Positions 47,811-55,916 of a DNA stretch of 64,000 bases are shown piece by piece. The DNA is from Holophagales bacterium (GTDB taxonomy: Bacteria; Acidobacteriota; Thermoanaerobaculia; UBA5066): NCBI GenBank assembly GCA_016714815.1, contig JADKBZ010000014.1, positions 83,320 through 147,319 of the forward strand, in the 5' to 3' direction. Made by a program: the position numbers and the translations under genes. A model generated the notes under the pieces. That model saw only the letters and a list, made by a program, of their open reading frames with translations, was not told where the DNA came from and searched no databases. Position 1 is the first letter of the stretch. Every line of letters starts with the position of its first letter.

Positions 47811-49035
47811 GGGTCAGGGCCTCCACCGGGTCGAGGCGCGCCGCGCGGCGGGCCGGCCACCACGACGCGGCGAGGAGGGTGACGGTCATCAGGACGAAGC
47901 CGACGAGGAAGGCGGCCGGGATCAGCTCGACGTGGAGGACTCCCCCGCTCGTCGCGCCGGGGGGCGGCGGCAGGTTGATCTCTGCGGCGTTGATCGCGGC
48001 ACGGATCAGGAGCGACCCGACGGCGCCCGCGAGCGAGCCCCCGAGGCCCATCAGGAGCCCCTCGGCGAGAAAGAGGTTCCTCACCTGGCGGCGTTCCATG
48101 CCGATGGCCAGGAGCGTTCCGATCTCGCGAGTCCTCTCGAAGACCGACATCGTCATGGTGTTCGCCGCCGCCAGGATGACGACCGTGGCCAGGACGAGGC
48201 CCGTGAAGAGGAAGATCGCGGCGTAGAGGCGCCTCACGGCGACGTAGAAGGGCGCGCTCTCGATCCAGGTCTTCACGGCGGCGCCGGCCCCGCCTCGATG
48301 GAGCCGCGCACGAAGGGCTCCCGCGGCCTTCTCCAGGTCCACTCCCGGCTTCAGCGTGACGGCGATCGACGTCGCCTTTCCCTCCGCCTTCAGGAGCCGC
48401 GCCGCCGGGGCGTACGGGAGGAAGAGGAGCCGGTCGTCCAGCTCCTTGATCGGCCAGCGGAGGATGGCGACGACGGTCGCGTCGATGGCGTTCAGACCGC
48501 CGTCCGGCGTCGTCGTCATGACGGTGACGAGGTCCCCGGTCTTCGCCCCGAGAGAGCGGGCGAGCCCGCCGCCGAGCATCACCTCGTCGCCTTCGGGGTC
48601 GGCGAGGAAGGCTCCCTCGGCCACGGCCTCGGCCGTGAGCGTCGCGCTCTTCTCGAGGGCGGGGACCGTCCCCGTCCCCATGTAGCCGACGCTCCGCTCC
48701 CCGCGCGCGACGAGGCCGAAGAACGCGAGCCGGGGCATCGCCTGGAGGACGTCCGGGCTCGTCGCGACGCTCCGGGTCAGCTCCCCGGCGTGATCGAGGA
48801 GGAGCGTCGCGGCCTCCTCGTCGCTCTTGCCGACCGACGCGGCGCTGACGACCTGCAGGTGCCCCCCCTGGCCCCGGATCGTGATGTCCTTCAGGCCTCG
48901 GAAAGTCTGCGCGACGAAGCCGGCGGTCATCGTGGCGGCGACGAAGCCGACGACGACGATGCTGCCGGTCAGGACGGTCCGGCGGCCGTGCCGGAAGAGG
49001 TTCCGCGCCGCGAGCCGCCACCAGCGCAGGCTCAC
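47803..49035 (-). CDS. ABC transporter permease, FtsX/MacB/LolC family
   Basis: MSLRWWRLAARNLFRHGRRTVLTGSIVVVGFVAATM... is the first TM. A large periplasmic loop is followed by three C-terminal TMs (FtsX-like topology). Confidence 0.8.
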   Translation of the reverse strand: MSLRWWRLAARNLFRHGRRTVLTGSIVVVGFVAATMTAGFVAQTFRGLKDITIRGQGGHLQVVSAASVGKSDEEAATLLLDHAGELTRSVATSPDVLQAMPRLAFFGLVARGERSVGYMGTGTVPALEKSATLTAEAVAEGAFLADPEGDEVMLGGGLARSLGAKTGDLVTVMTTTPDGGLNAIDATVVAILRWPIKELDDRLLFLPYAPAARLLKAEGKATSIAVTLKPGVDLEKAAGALRARLHRGGAGAAVKTWIESAPFYVAVRRLYAAIFLFTGLVLATVVILAAANTMTMSVFERTREIGTLLAIGMERRQVRNLFLAEGLLMGLGGSLAGAVGSLLIRAAINAAEINLPPPPGATSGGVLHVELIPAAFLVGFVLMTVTLLAASWWPARRAARLDPVEALTHV

Positions 49036-49736
49036 GACGCACCTCCCGCCGGCGTCTCGTCGGAGACGATGAGGCCGTCGACGAGGCGAATCCGCCTCGG
49101 GACGCGCTCGACGATGCGCGGATCGTGGCTGGAGAAGAGAAAGGCGATCCCCTTTTCCGCGTGGAGGGCGTCGAAGAGGTCGAGGAGACGCGCGGCCGTC
49201 TCGGAGTCGAGCGAGGCGGTCGGCTCGTCCGCGAGGACGAGCGCCGGCTCGCCGACGATGGCCCGGGCGACGGCGACCCGCTGTCGCTGGCCGCCGGACA
49301 TCGCGTCGGGCCGGCGCCCCTCCATTCCGGAGAGCCCGACGGAAGCGAGTGCTGCGCGCGCGCGCGTCCGGCAGTCGACCTCGGGGAGGCCCCGGATCCA
49401 GAGCGCGAGGGCGACGTTCTCCTCGGCGGAGAGAACCGGGACGAGCTGGTGCGACTGGAAGACGAAGCCGAGCTTCTCGCGCCGGAGCCGGGCGCGCCCC
49501 CGGTCGTCGAGGGTCGAGACGTCCTCGCCCAGGAGCTCCAGCCGGCCCGCGTCGGGCCGGTCGAGAAGGCCGAGGAGGTTCAGGAGGGTCGTCTTCCCGC
49601 TTCCGGAAGGCCCCGCGAGGACGGCGAGCTCGCCCGCCGCGAAGGAGAGTGTCGCCTCGCGAACGCCGACGACGCGCTCCTGGCCCGAAGCGTAGATCCG
49701 CGTGAGGCCGCGAGCAGCCAGGAGGGGGACGCTCAC
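49032..49736 (-). CDS. ABC transporter ATP-binding protein (LolD/MacB-ATPase type)
   Basis: GPSGSGKTTLLNLLG (Walker A), LSGGQRQRVAVARAI (signature), LVLADEPTASLD (Walker B). Confidence 0.85.
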   Translation of the reverse strand: MSVPLLAARGLTRIYASGQERVVGVREATLSFAAGELAVLAGPSGSGKTTLLNLLGLLDRPDAGRLELLGEDVSTLDDRGRARLRREKLGFVFQSHQLVPVLSAEENVALALWIRGLPEVDCRTRARAALASVGLSGMEGRRPDAMSGGQRQRVAVARAIVGEPALVLADEPTASLDSETAARLLDLFDALHAEKGIAFLFSSHDPRIVERVPRRIRLVDGLIVSDETPAGGAS

Positions 49737-50539
49737 TTCCGGCGCCTGAGCCGCCCGGCGACCACTCCGACGAGAAAGAGGAGCGTGCCGGTCAGGATGA
49801 TCGCCGCGCCCGACGGGATGTCGAGGGAGACGGAGAGGAGGAGCCCGCCGAGAACCATGACGAGGGACGCGCCGATGGATCCGAGGAGGAACCCGGGCCA
49901 GCGCGATGCCAGAGATCGCGCGACGGCGCCGGGGAGGACGAGGAGGGCCGAGACGAGGAGGATCCCGACGACCTTCAGCGCGACGACGACGGTCAGCGCG
50001 AGGAGGACGAGGACGAGCAGGCGCATCCGGGCGACGTTCACGCCGGCGGCGAACGCCCCGTCCTCGTCGACGGACGCGAGCAGGAGCGGCCGGAAGTAGA
50101 GGACGAGGAGCGTTAGGACGAGGAGCGAGGCGCCGCCGAGGGCGAGGAGGTCCTTCGGGTCGACCGTCAGGATGTTCCCGAACATCAGGCCGAAGAGGTC
50201 GACGTTCGTCTCGAGGAAGCTGATCGCCACGACGCCGATCGCCATCGCCGCCACGGTGAAGACGCCGACGGCCGTGTCCTCGGTCAGCTCCCCGTCGTCC
50301 GAGGCCTTCGCCGTCGCGAGCGCCACCGCGAGCGCGGCGACGAGCGCCCCGAGGCCCGGAGGCGCGCCCACGAGCGCCGCGAGAGCGACCCCGCCGAACG
50401 CCCCGTGAGAGACCCCGGAACCGACGAACGCGAGCCGACGGAGGACGACGAAGAACGAGAGCGCCCCGCAGACGACGGCGACGATGAACCCCGCCGCCAG
50501 CGCCCGCTGGAAGAACGGGAACGCGAGGAATTCGATCAC
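49733..50539 (-). CDS. znuB: Zinc/manganese ABC transporter permease (ABC-3 family)
   Basis: From a GTG: MIEFLAFPFFQRALAAGFIVAVVCGALSFFVVLRRLAFVGSGVSHGAFGGVALA... 8-9 TMs. The first ~230 codons of the track ORF are shadow. Confidence 0.75.
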   Translation of the reverse strand: MIEFLAFPFFQRALAAGFIVAVVCGALSFFVVLRRLAFVGSGVSHGAFGGVALAALVGAPPGLGALVAALAVALATAKASDDGELTEDTAVGVFTVAAMAIGVVAISFLETNVDLFGLMFGNILTVDPKDLLALGGASLLVLTLLVLYFRPLLLASVDEDGAFAAGVNVARMRLLVLVLLALTVVVALKVVGILLVSALLVLPGAVARSLASRWPGFLLGSIGASLVMVLGGLLLSVSLDIPSGAAIILTGTLLFLVGVVAGRLRRRK

Positions 50540-51195
50540 GCGTGGCGCTCCTCGACGACGCGGCCGTCGATCCGGAAGACGGCGTCGGCCCCCCCCATCG
50601 CGTCGCTGTCGTGCGTGACGTAGACGATCGTCCGGCCCGCCGCCACCTCTTCCGCCGCGATCCGGCGGAGCGTCTTCATCCCTTCCGAGTCGAGCGCGGT
50701 GTCGGGCTCGTCGAGGAGGAGGAGCGCGGGCGTCCCCGCGATGGCCCGGGCGAGGAGCACCCTCTGCCGCTGCCCGCCCGAGAGCCGGCCGACGGGGCGG
50801 GTCGCGAGCTCCTCGTCGAGCCCGGCTCGCGCGAGGGCGCGCCGGGCCTCGGCCTCGACGGCGCGGGACATCCCGAAGCCGGGCCCCGGCGAGAGCGCGA
50901 GGCCGACGAGATCGAGCCCGGTGACCGGCGCCTGGGGCGAGAGGGTCGAGCGTTGAGGCAGGTATCCGATGCGCGGGCGAGGAAGCTCCCGACCCGTTTC
51001 GTCGAGAAAGGCGACCCGCCCGCTCTCCGGCGTCAGGAAGCCGAGGAGGACCCGCGCCAGGGTCGTCTTGCCTCCGCCGTTCGGGCCGACGAGCGCGGTC
51101 CGGAGCCCGGCCGGAATCGTGAAGGAGGCCGAGGAGACCGCCGTCCGCCCGCTGAAGGAGACGGTGACGTCCTCGAAGCGGACGGCCACGCTCAC
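50536..51195 (-). CDS. znuC: Zinc ABC transporter ATP-binding protein
   Basis: VGPNGGGKTTLARVLLG (Walker A), LSGGQRQRVLLARAI, LLLLDEPDTALD. Start GTG MSVAVRFEDVTV. Confidence 0.8.
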   Translation of the reverse strand: MSVAVRFEDVTVSFSGRTAVSSASFTIPAGLRTALVGPNGGGKTTLARVLLGFLTPESGRVAFLDETGRELPRPRIGYLPQRSTLSPQAPVTGLDLVGLALSPGPGFGMSRAVEAEARRALARAGLDEELATRPVGRLSGGQRQRVLLARAIAGTPALLLLDEPDTALDSEGMKTLRRIAAEEVAAGRTIVYVTHDSDAMGGADAVFRIDGRVVEERHA

Positions 51196-52202
51196 TCTTT
51201 CGCTCCGGTCGTGGCGGGAAGGGCGCGGCGGAAGGCATCCGCGTTGAAGCGCATCAGCTGAGGATACGTCTCCCGCCCCGGCACGCCGCCGATCGGGTCG
51301 ACGAGCGCGAGCTCGAGGCGGGCCTCCCGCGCGACGACCCTCGCCGCCGCCGGAGGGAACTGCGGCTCGGTGAAGAGCCGGCCCAGGCCGCCGCGGCGCC
51401 CTTCCTCGACGAGCGCCTTCAGCTGGCGAGGGGAGGGCTCGCGCCCCGGCACCGGCTCGATGGAGGCGGCTTCGACGAGCCCGTAGCGATCGGCGAAGTA
51501 GACCCAGGCCCGGTGGGCGGAGACGAATCGCTTTCCGCGCACGGGCGCGAGCTTCGCGGCGAGCTCCCGGTCCAGGGCCAGGTACGCGTCCGCCGTCTCG
51601 CGGGCGCGGCGCCGATAGCCCTCGGCGCCGGCCGGGTCGACGGCGGCGAGCTCCTCGGCGAGCGGGGCGAGGCTCCTGGCCGCCAGGACCGGCGAAAGCC
51701 ACCAGTGGGGGTCTTCTCCCAGCACGCCGTGCGCGTGGCCTTCGTGCCCGCTCTCCGCGGCGTCCGGCTCGCCGCCGGGCGGTTCTTCCGGGCCGTGGTC
51801 GTGCCCTTCGTGAAGGCCGGCAGCCTCGTCGTCGTGCGCGCCGGGCCCGATTCCGAGCGAGGCCGCGGTGTCGTGGAGCCGCGCGTTCGAGGCGCACGCC
51901 GCGAGGATCCGCCCCATCCAGGCGTCGTATCCCGCCCCGGCGACGACGACCAGCTTCGCCCCGACGAGCTTCCGGAGGTCGGAAGGCTCGGGCTCGAAGA
52001 CGTGAGGAGAGGTCCCCGGCGGGATGACGGTCCGAACCGTCCAGCCGGGACCCGCGACGCTTCGAACCAGGTCCGCCAGGGGGGCGATCGTCGCGACGGC
52101 CACCGGACGTCCGTCCGCGACGCCGCGACGGCCGGCCTGGCACCCCGGGAGAAGCGCGAGCAGGAGAGCCGCCAGGGCCGCGCACCGGGATCGGCCCGTC
52201 AT
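51192..52202 (-). CDS. znuA: Zinc ABC transporter substrate-binding lipoprotein with a His/Asp/Glu-rich loop
   Basis: MTGRSRCAALAALLLALLPGCQA (lipobox). ...GTSPHVFEPEPSD... His-rich loop GAHDDEAAGLHEGHDHGPEEPPGGEPDAAESGHEGHAHG. ...DPHWWLSP (cluster A-I SBP motifs). Confidence 0.8.
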   Translation of the reverse strand: MTGRSRCAALAALLLALLPGCQAGRRGVADGRPVAVATIAPLADLVRSVAGPGWTVRTVIPPGTSPHVFEPEPSDLRKLVGAKLVVVAGAGYDAWMGRILAACASNARLHDTAASLGIGPGAHDDEAAGLHEGHDHGPEEPPGGEPDAAESGHEGHAHGVLGEDPHWWLSPVLAARSLAPLAEELAAVDPAGAEGYRRRARETADAYLALDRELAAKLAPVRGKRFVSAHRAWVYFADRYGLVEAASIEPVPGREPSPRQLKALVEEGRRGGLGRLFTEPQFPPAAARVVAREARLELALVDPIGGVPGRETYPQLMRFNADAFRRALPATTGAKE

Positions 52203-52276
52203 CGGGCCGGCCCCGGCGCGGCTTGACCCCGGGTGTCGAAACGGACGATGCTCCCGTTCAGGGAGGGCGATACGCC

Positions 52277-52588
52277 GTGGAGCATCAGGACGATCATCCG
52301 CACGAGCACGGGCCGGGCTGCGGTCACAGGGCCGTTCGTCATGGCGATCACGCCGATTATCTCCACGACGGGCACCTCCACTCACCCGGCGGCTCCGGCA
52401 TCGCCGAGCACGTCCTCGAGGTGAGCTGCGGCAGGCCGGCCGCCTGCGCGCCCGTCGAGTGCGCGGCGAAACACCACCCCGGCTGCGGGCATCCCGAGGT
52501 CCCGCACGGCGACCACGTCGACTACCTCGTCGACGGGGCCCTCCACCACCTTCACGGCGACCACTGCGACCTTCACGGCACCGTCTGA
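52277..52588 (+). CDS. Small His-rich repeat protein (putative metal-binding, zinc-regulon-associated), divergent from znuA
   Basis: 103 aa from GTG 52277, with RBS GGGAGGG 9 nt upstream. MEHQDDHPHEHGPGCGHRAVRHGDHADYLHDGHLH...AKHHPGCGHPEVPHGDHVDYLVDGALHHLHGDHCDLHGTV. Two copies of an H-G-D-H-x-D-Y-L-x-D-G-x-L-H motif, each preceded by (H)PGCGH. The track lists it from an earlier TTG (52223). Confidence 0.4.
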   Translation: MEHQDDHPHEHGPGCGHRAVRHGDHADYLHDGHLHSPGGSGIAEHVLEVSCGRPAACAPVECAAKHHPGCGHPEVPHGDHVDYLVDGALHHLHGDHCDLHGTV

Positions 52589-52597
52589 CGCCTTCCT

Positions 52598-53557
52598 TCA
52601 GGGGATCGCGGCGTCGCGCCGCAGGGCGAGCGCCCTCGCGAGGATGGACCGCACCGGCCCCTCGAACGTGTACGACGACGTGATCTGAAGCCTTCGCTCC
52701 GCGGCCTCCGAGGCGTTCCACGCGTCGAGCGCCCCAAGGCGCTCTCCGAGCCACTCCGCGCTCAGGTGGCGCGACTCCGCGAGCCTGAGGAGCCGCGCCT
52801 TCTGCTCCCCGGCGTCGCCGATCTCCGGGTGGTGGTTCACCGCCCAGATCCGCGGGGTGCCGTCGCCGAAGCGCTCCACCTCGGCCATCGTCATCGCTTC
52901 GCCGCGTTCGCCGTCCGGAGTCGCCTCGTGGGCGAGGACCTCGACTCCCCCCTTTCCCGTCGGGAGGATGTCGAAAAGCCGGCTGTCGAGGACCTGGATC
53001 CGCCCGCCCGCGCTCGCGTGGTAGAGCCCTCCGAACCACGCGTGCGTCCGGGCCGGGCCCGTGAGGAGGTTCGTGACGACGCCCGCGCTCTTTCCCTTCG
53101 CCGCGGAGCGGGCGACGGCCTCGCCGAATCCGGACCAGCGGGCCAGGAGCCCGAAGGTGTGGCAGATGCCGAGGAGCGCGGTCGACGGGTCCTTCCGGAC
53201 GGCGTCGAAAAAGCGCCAGAGCGGCGCTTCCCAGGAAGGGTCTTCGCGGATCCCCTGCGCGTACGGCGAGACGCCGTCGTTCTCTCGAGGGTCGAGCGCC
53301 CCAGGGCCGCCGGTGCCGACCACGAGGGCGAAACGCGAGGCCGACGAGGGAACGGCCGCGCCGAGCCTCACGTCGTAGGAGACGACGCGGACGCCGGGCG
53401 CGCCGGCCCCGAGCCGCTTTCTCTCCTCCTGACCGATCCGCATCACCCTCTCGACCACGGAAGCGTGTCCGAGGTTCGCGAAGCCGTGGTGCATGTCGAG
53501 GACCGCGACGTCGAGGAAGCTCTTCAGGACGGGAGGCTCGTCCTCCGGCCGGTCCAC
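52598..53557 (-). CDS. Class I glutamine amidotransferase-like domain protein
   Basis: ...ALLGICHTFGLLARWSG resembles the GATase1 nucleophile elbow (G-x-C-x-G). ...RIWAVNHHPEI contains a His near the C-terminus. The start is uncertain (GTG at ~53557; no canonical start closer to gpsA). Confidence 0.4.
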   Translation of the reverse strand: MDRPEDEPPVLKSFLDVAVLDMHHGFANLGHASVVERVMRIGQEERKRLGAGAPGVRVVSYDVRLGAAVPSSASRFALVVGTGGPGALDPRENDGVSPYAQGIREDPSWEAPLWRFFDAVRKDPSTALLGICHTFGLLARWSGFGEAVARSAAKGKSAGVVTNLLTGPARTHAWFGGLYHASAGGRIQVLDSRLFDILPTGKGGVEVLAHEATPDGERGEAMTMAEVERFGDGTPRIWAVNHHPEIGDAGEQKARLLRLAESRHLSAEWLGERLGALDAWNASEAAERRLQITSSYTFEGPVRSILARALALRRDAAIP

Positions 53558-53658
53558 CCGCGCGTAGCTGACGCGGGGGTCCTCGACGACGAAGAACGGA
53601 AGGCGGTCGTCGTCGCCGTACGCGAGCAGCGATCCCGCTTCCGGAGCCGGGCGGGCGC

Positions 53659-54660
53659 TCAGCTCCCCTCCTCTTTCAGCGAGCGGGTCATCAGGCGCGA
53701 GACCGCCTCCCTGGGCGCGAACGCGCCGGAGAGGATCGCCGTCACCGTCTCGGCGATCGGCATCTCCACGCCGACGCTCCGCGCGAGCTCGACGACGGCG
53801 CCGGCGGTGGAGACCCCTTCCGCCACCTCGCCGCCGAGCGAGGAGAGCGCGTCCTCGACGCTCCGGCCCGAAGCGAGCGCGAGGCCGACCCGGCGGTTGC
53901 GCGAGAGGTCGCCCGTGGCCGTCAGGATGAGGTCGCCGACCCCCGCGAGCCCGGAGAAGGTCTCGGGCAGGCCGCCGAGGCGCGTCCCGAGCCTCCGGAT
54001 CTCGGCCAGGGCCCGGGTGAGGAGCGCCGCCCGGGTGTTCTGGCCGAGCTTCAGCCCGTCGACGATCCCGGCCGCGATGGCGACGACGTTCTTCGTGGCT
54101 CCGGAAATCTCGACCCCGACGACGTCCGCCGAGCGGTAGAGCCGGAACGTGGGCGAGGCGAGCCCCTTCTGCACCCGGACCGCGACGTCGCCATCCGCGC
54201 AGGCGACGACCGCCGCCGCGGGAAGCCCCCGCGCGACCTCGAGCGCGAAGGTCGGCCCGGACAGGACCGCGACGGGCGTTTCGGGTCCCAGGATGTCCCT
54301 CATCATCTGGGTCGTCCGGCGGTGGGTCCCGACCTCGATCCCCTTCGACGCCGAGACGACGGGCACCCCGGCCGGGAGGAACTCCCTGAGGCGGGTCAGC
54401 TCGCCCGAGGTCCACTGGACCGACACGGACCAGAGAACCGCCTCGGCCCCGTCGAAGGCCTCTTCCGGGCTCATCGTCGGCTCGACGAGCTCGGGAAGCG
54501 GCTCGACTCCCGGCAACGAGGGGTGCGCGCGCGTCGCGGCGATCGCCTCGACGATATCGGCCCGGTACCCGAGGAGGCTCACCGCGTGGCCGGCCCTCGC
54601 CCCGTGAAGCGCCAGGGCCGTTCCCCACGCTCCCGTCCCGACGATCGCGATCTTCTTCAA
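53659..54660 (-). CDS. gpsA: NAD(P)H-dependent glycerol-3-phosphate dehydrogenase
   Basis: LKKIAIVGTGAWGTALALHGARAGH (Rossmann)...GATKNVVAIAAGIVDGLKLGQNTRAALLTRALAE... The start appears to be TTG (no in-frame ATG/GTG). Confidence 0.85.
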   Translation of the reverse strand: MKKIAIVGTGAWGTALALHGARAGHAVSLLGYRADIVEAIAATRAHPSLPGVEPLPELVEPTMSPEEAFDGAEAVLWSVSVQWTSGELTRLREFLPAGVPVVSASKGIEVGTHRRTTQMMRDILGPETPVAVLSGPTFALEVARGLPAAAVVACADGDVAVRVQKGLASPTFRLYRSADVVGVEISGATKNVVAIAAGIVDGLKLGQNTRAALLTRALAEIRRLGTRLGGLPETFSGLAGVGDLILTATGDLSRNRRVGLALASGRSVEDALSSLGGEVAEGVSTAGAVVELARSVGVEMPIAETVTAILSGAFAPREAVSRLMTRSLKEEGS

Positions 54661-55916
54661 TCGAGCTCCCCCCTCTCCAGCAGCCAGCCGCGGATCATCG
54701 CCAGCGCCGCCGACGTCGTCCACCGGCGCACCATAGCGCGGTCGCCCGGGAGAACGAGCCGTTCGTGCCGCCGGCTCCCGTCGGCGGCGGCCAGGGCGAC
54801 GTGGACGGTGCCGACCGGCTTGTCCTCCGTCCCGCCCCCGGGCCCCGCGATTCCGGTCACGCCGACGCCCACCGTGGTCCCGAAGCGGAGCCGAACTCCC
54901 TCGGCCATCTCCCGCGCGACCTCCTCGGAGACCGCGCCGTGCGCCTCGAGGGTGGCGGGCGAGACGCCGAGGATCTCCGACTTCACCACGTTCGCGTAGG
55001 TCACCGCCCCGCCGACGAAGTACGCGGACGAGCCGGCGACGTCGGTGATTCGGGAGGCGACCATCCCGCCGGTGCACGACTCCGCCAGCGCGAGAGTCAG
55101 GCCGGAGCCGGCGAGGAGCGTTCCGACGACCCCCTCGAGAGTCTCGTCATCCCGGCCGAAGAGCGCCGGCCCGACCGCCGAACGGAAATCCGCCTCCAGG
55201 ACGTCGAGCTCCCCGCCGGCCTCCCCGGGTGTCCCTCTCGCGGCGAAGTGGAGCTGGACCTCTCCGGGCGCCACAGCGAGGATCGTGACGTCGTGCCCGC
55301 GGTGCGCCTCGTAGACCGGGCGGACGAGCTCCTCCACCATGCTCTCGCCGAGGCCGACCACCTTCAGCACCCGGCGGTGGAGGCCGGGCGGGGCTCCGCC
55401 GCGCGTCAGGTGCGGAAGGACGCCCTCGGCGAAGACCCCTTTCATCTCCGCGGGCGGCCCGGGGAGGAGGACGATCGTCTTCCCCTCCGCCTCGACGAGG
55501 TAGCCGGGAGCGGTGCCGCGCCGGTTCGGAAGGACGACGGCCCCCTCGATCACGTCGGCCTGCTTGGCGTTCACCTCGGGCATCTCCCGCCCGCGCCTCT
55601 GGAACCGCTCCCTCAGCCGCTGGAGGATCTCCTCGTCGCGGATCAGCTTTCGCCCGAGGAGTGCCGCCACGGCTTCCTTCGTCCGGTCGTCCTCGGTCGG
55701 CCCGAGGCCTCCCGTGACGCAGAGGAGGGGGGCGCGGGTGAGCGCGAAGGAGAGCTCGGCCAGAAGGTCGTCCCAGCCGTCGACGACGCACGCCTTCCTC
55801 ACGACCCGGATCCCGATCGCCTCCAGCTCGCCCGTCAGGAAGAGGGAGTTGGTGTCCACGCGCGTCGTTCCGAGGAGCTCGCTCCCGACGGCGAGAATGG
55901 AAGCGGTTCGGGTCAT
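54657..55916 (-). CDS. cinA: CinA family competence/damage-inducible protein (NMN amidohydrolase PncC plus MocF-like domain)
   Basis: MTRTASILAVGSELLGTTRVDTNSLFLTGELEAIGIRV... is the MoCF-biosynthesis-like N-terminal domain. ...LALAESCTGGMVASRITDVAGSSAYFVGGAVTYAN is the CinA C-terminal deamidase domain. Confidence 0.8.
   Translation of the reverse strand: MTRTASILAVGSELLGTTRVDTNSLFLTGELEAIGIRVVRKACVVDGWDDLLAELSFALTRAPLLCVTGGLGPTEDDRTKEAVAALLGRKLIRDEEILQRLRERFQRRGREMPEVNAKQADVIEGAVVLPNRRGTAPGYLVEAEGKTIVLLPGPPAEMKGVFAEGVLPHLTRGGAPPGLHRRVLKVVGLGESMVEELVRPVYEAHRGHDVTILAVAPGEVQLHFAARGTPGEAGGELDVLEADFRSAVGPALFGRDDETLEGVVGTLLAGSGLTLALAESCTGGMVASRITDVAGSSAYFVGGAVTYANVVKSEILGVSPATLEAHGAVSEEVAREMAEGVRLRFGTTVGVGVTGIAGPGGGTEDKPVGTVHVALAAADGSRRHERLVLPGDRAMVRRWTTSAALAMIRGWLLERGELD

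Noticed and set aside
52199-52576. Minus-strand ORFs 52199..52381 and 52382..52576, competing with the His-rich plus-strand ORF
   Set aside because: They have no repeat structure, no RBS and no conservation signal. The plus-strand frame has an internal tandem repeat and a strong SD. Still, the His-rich call itself is only moderate confidence.
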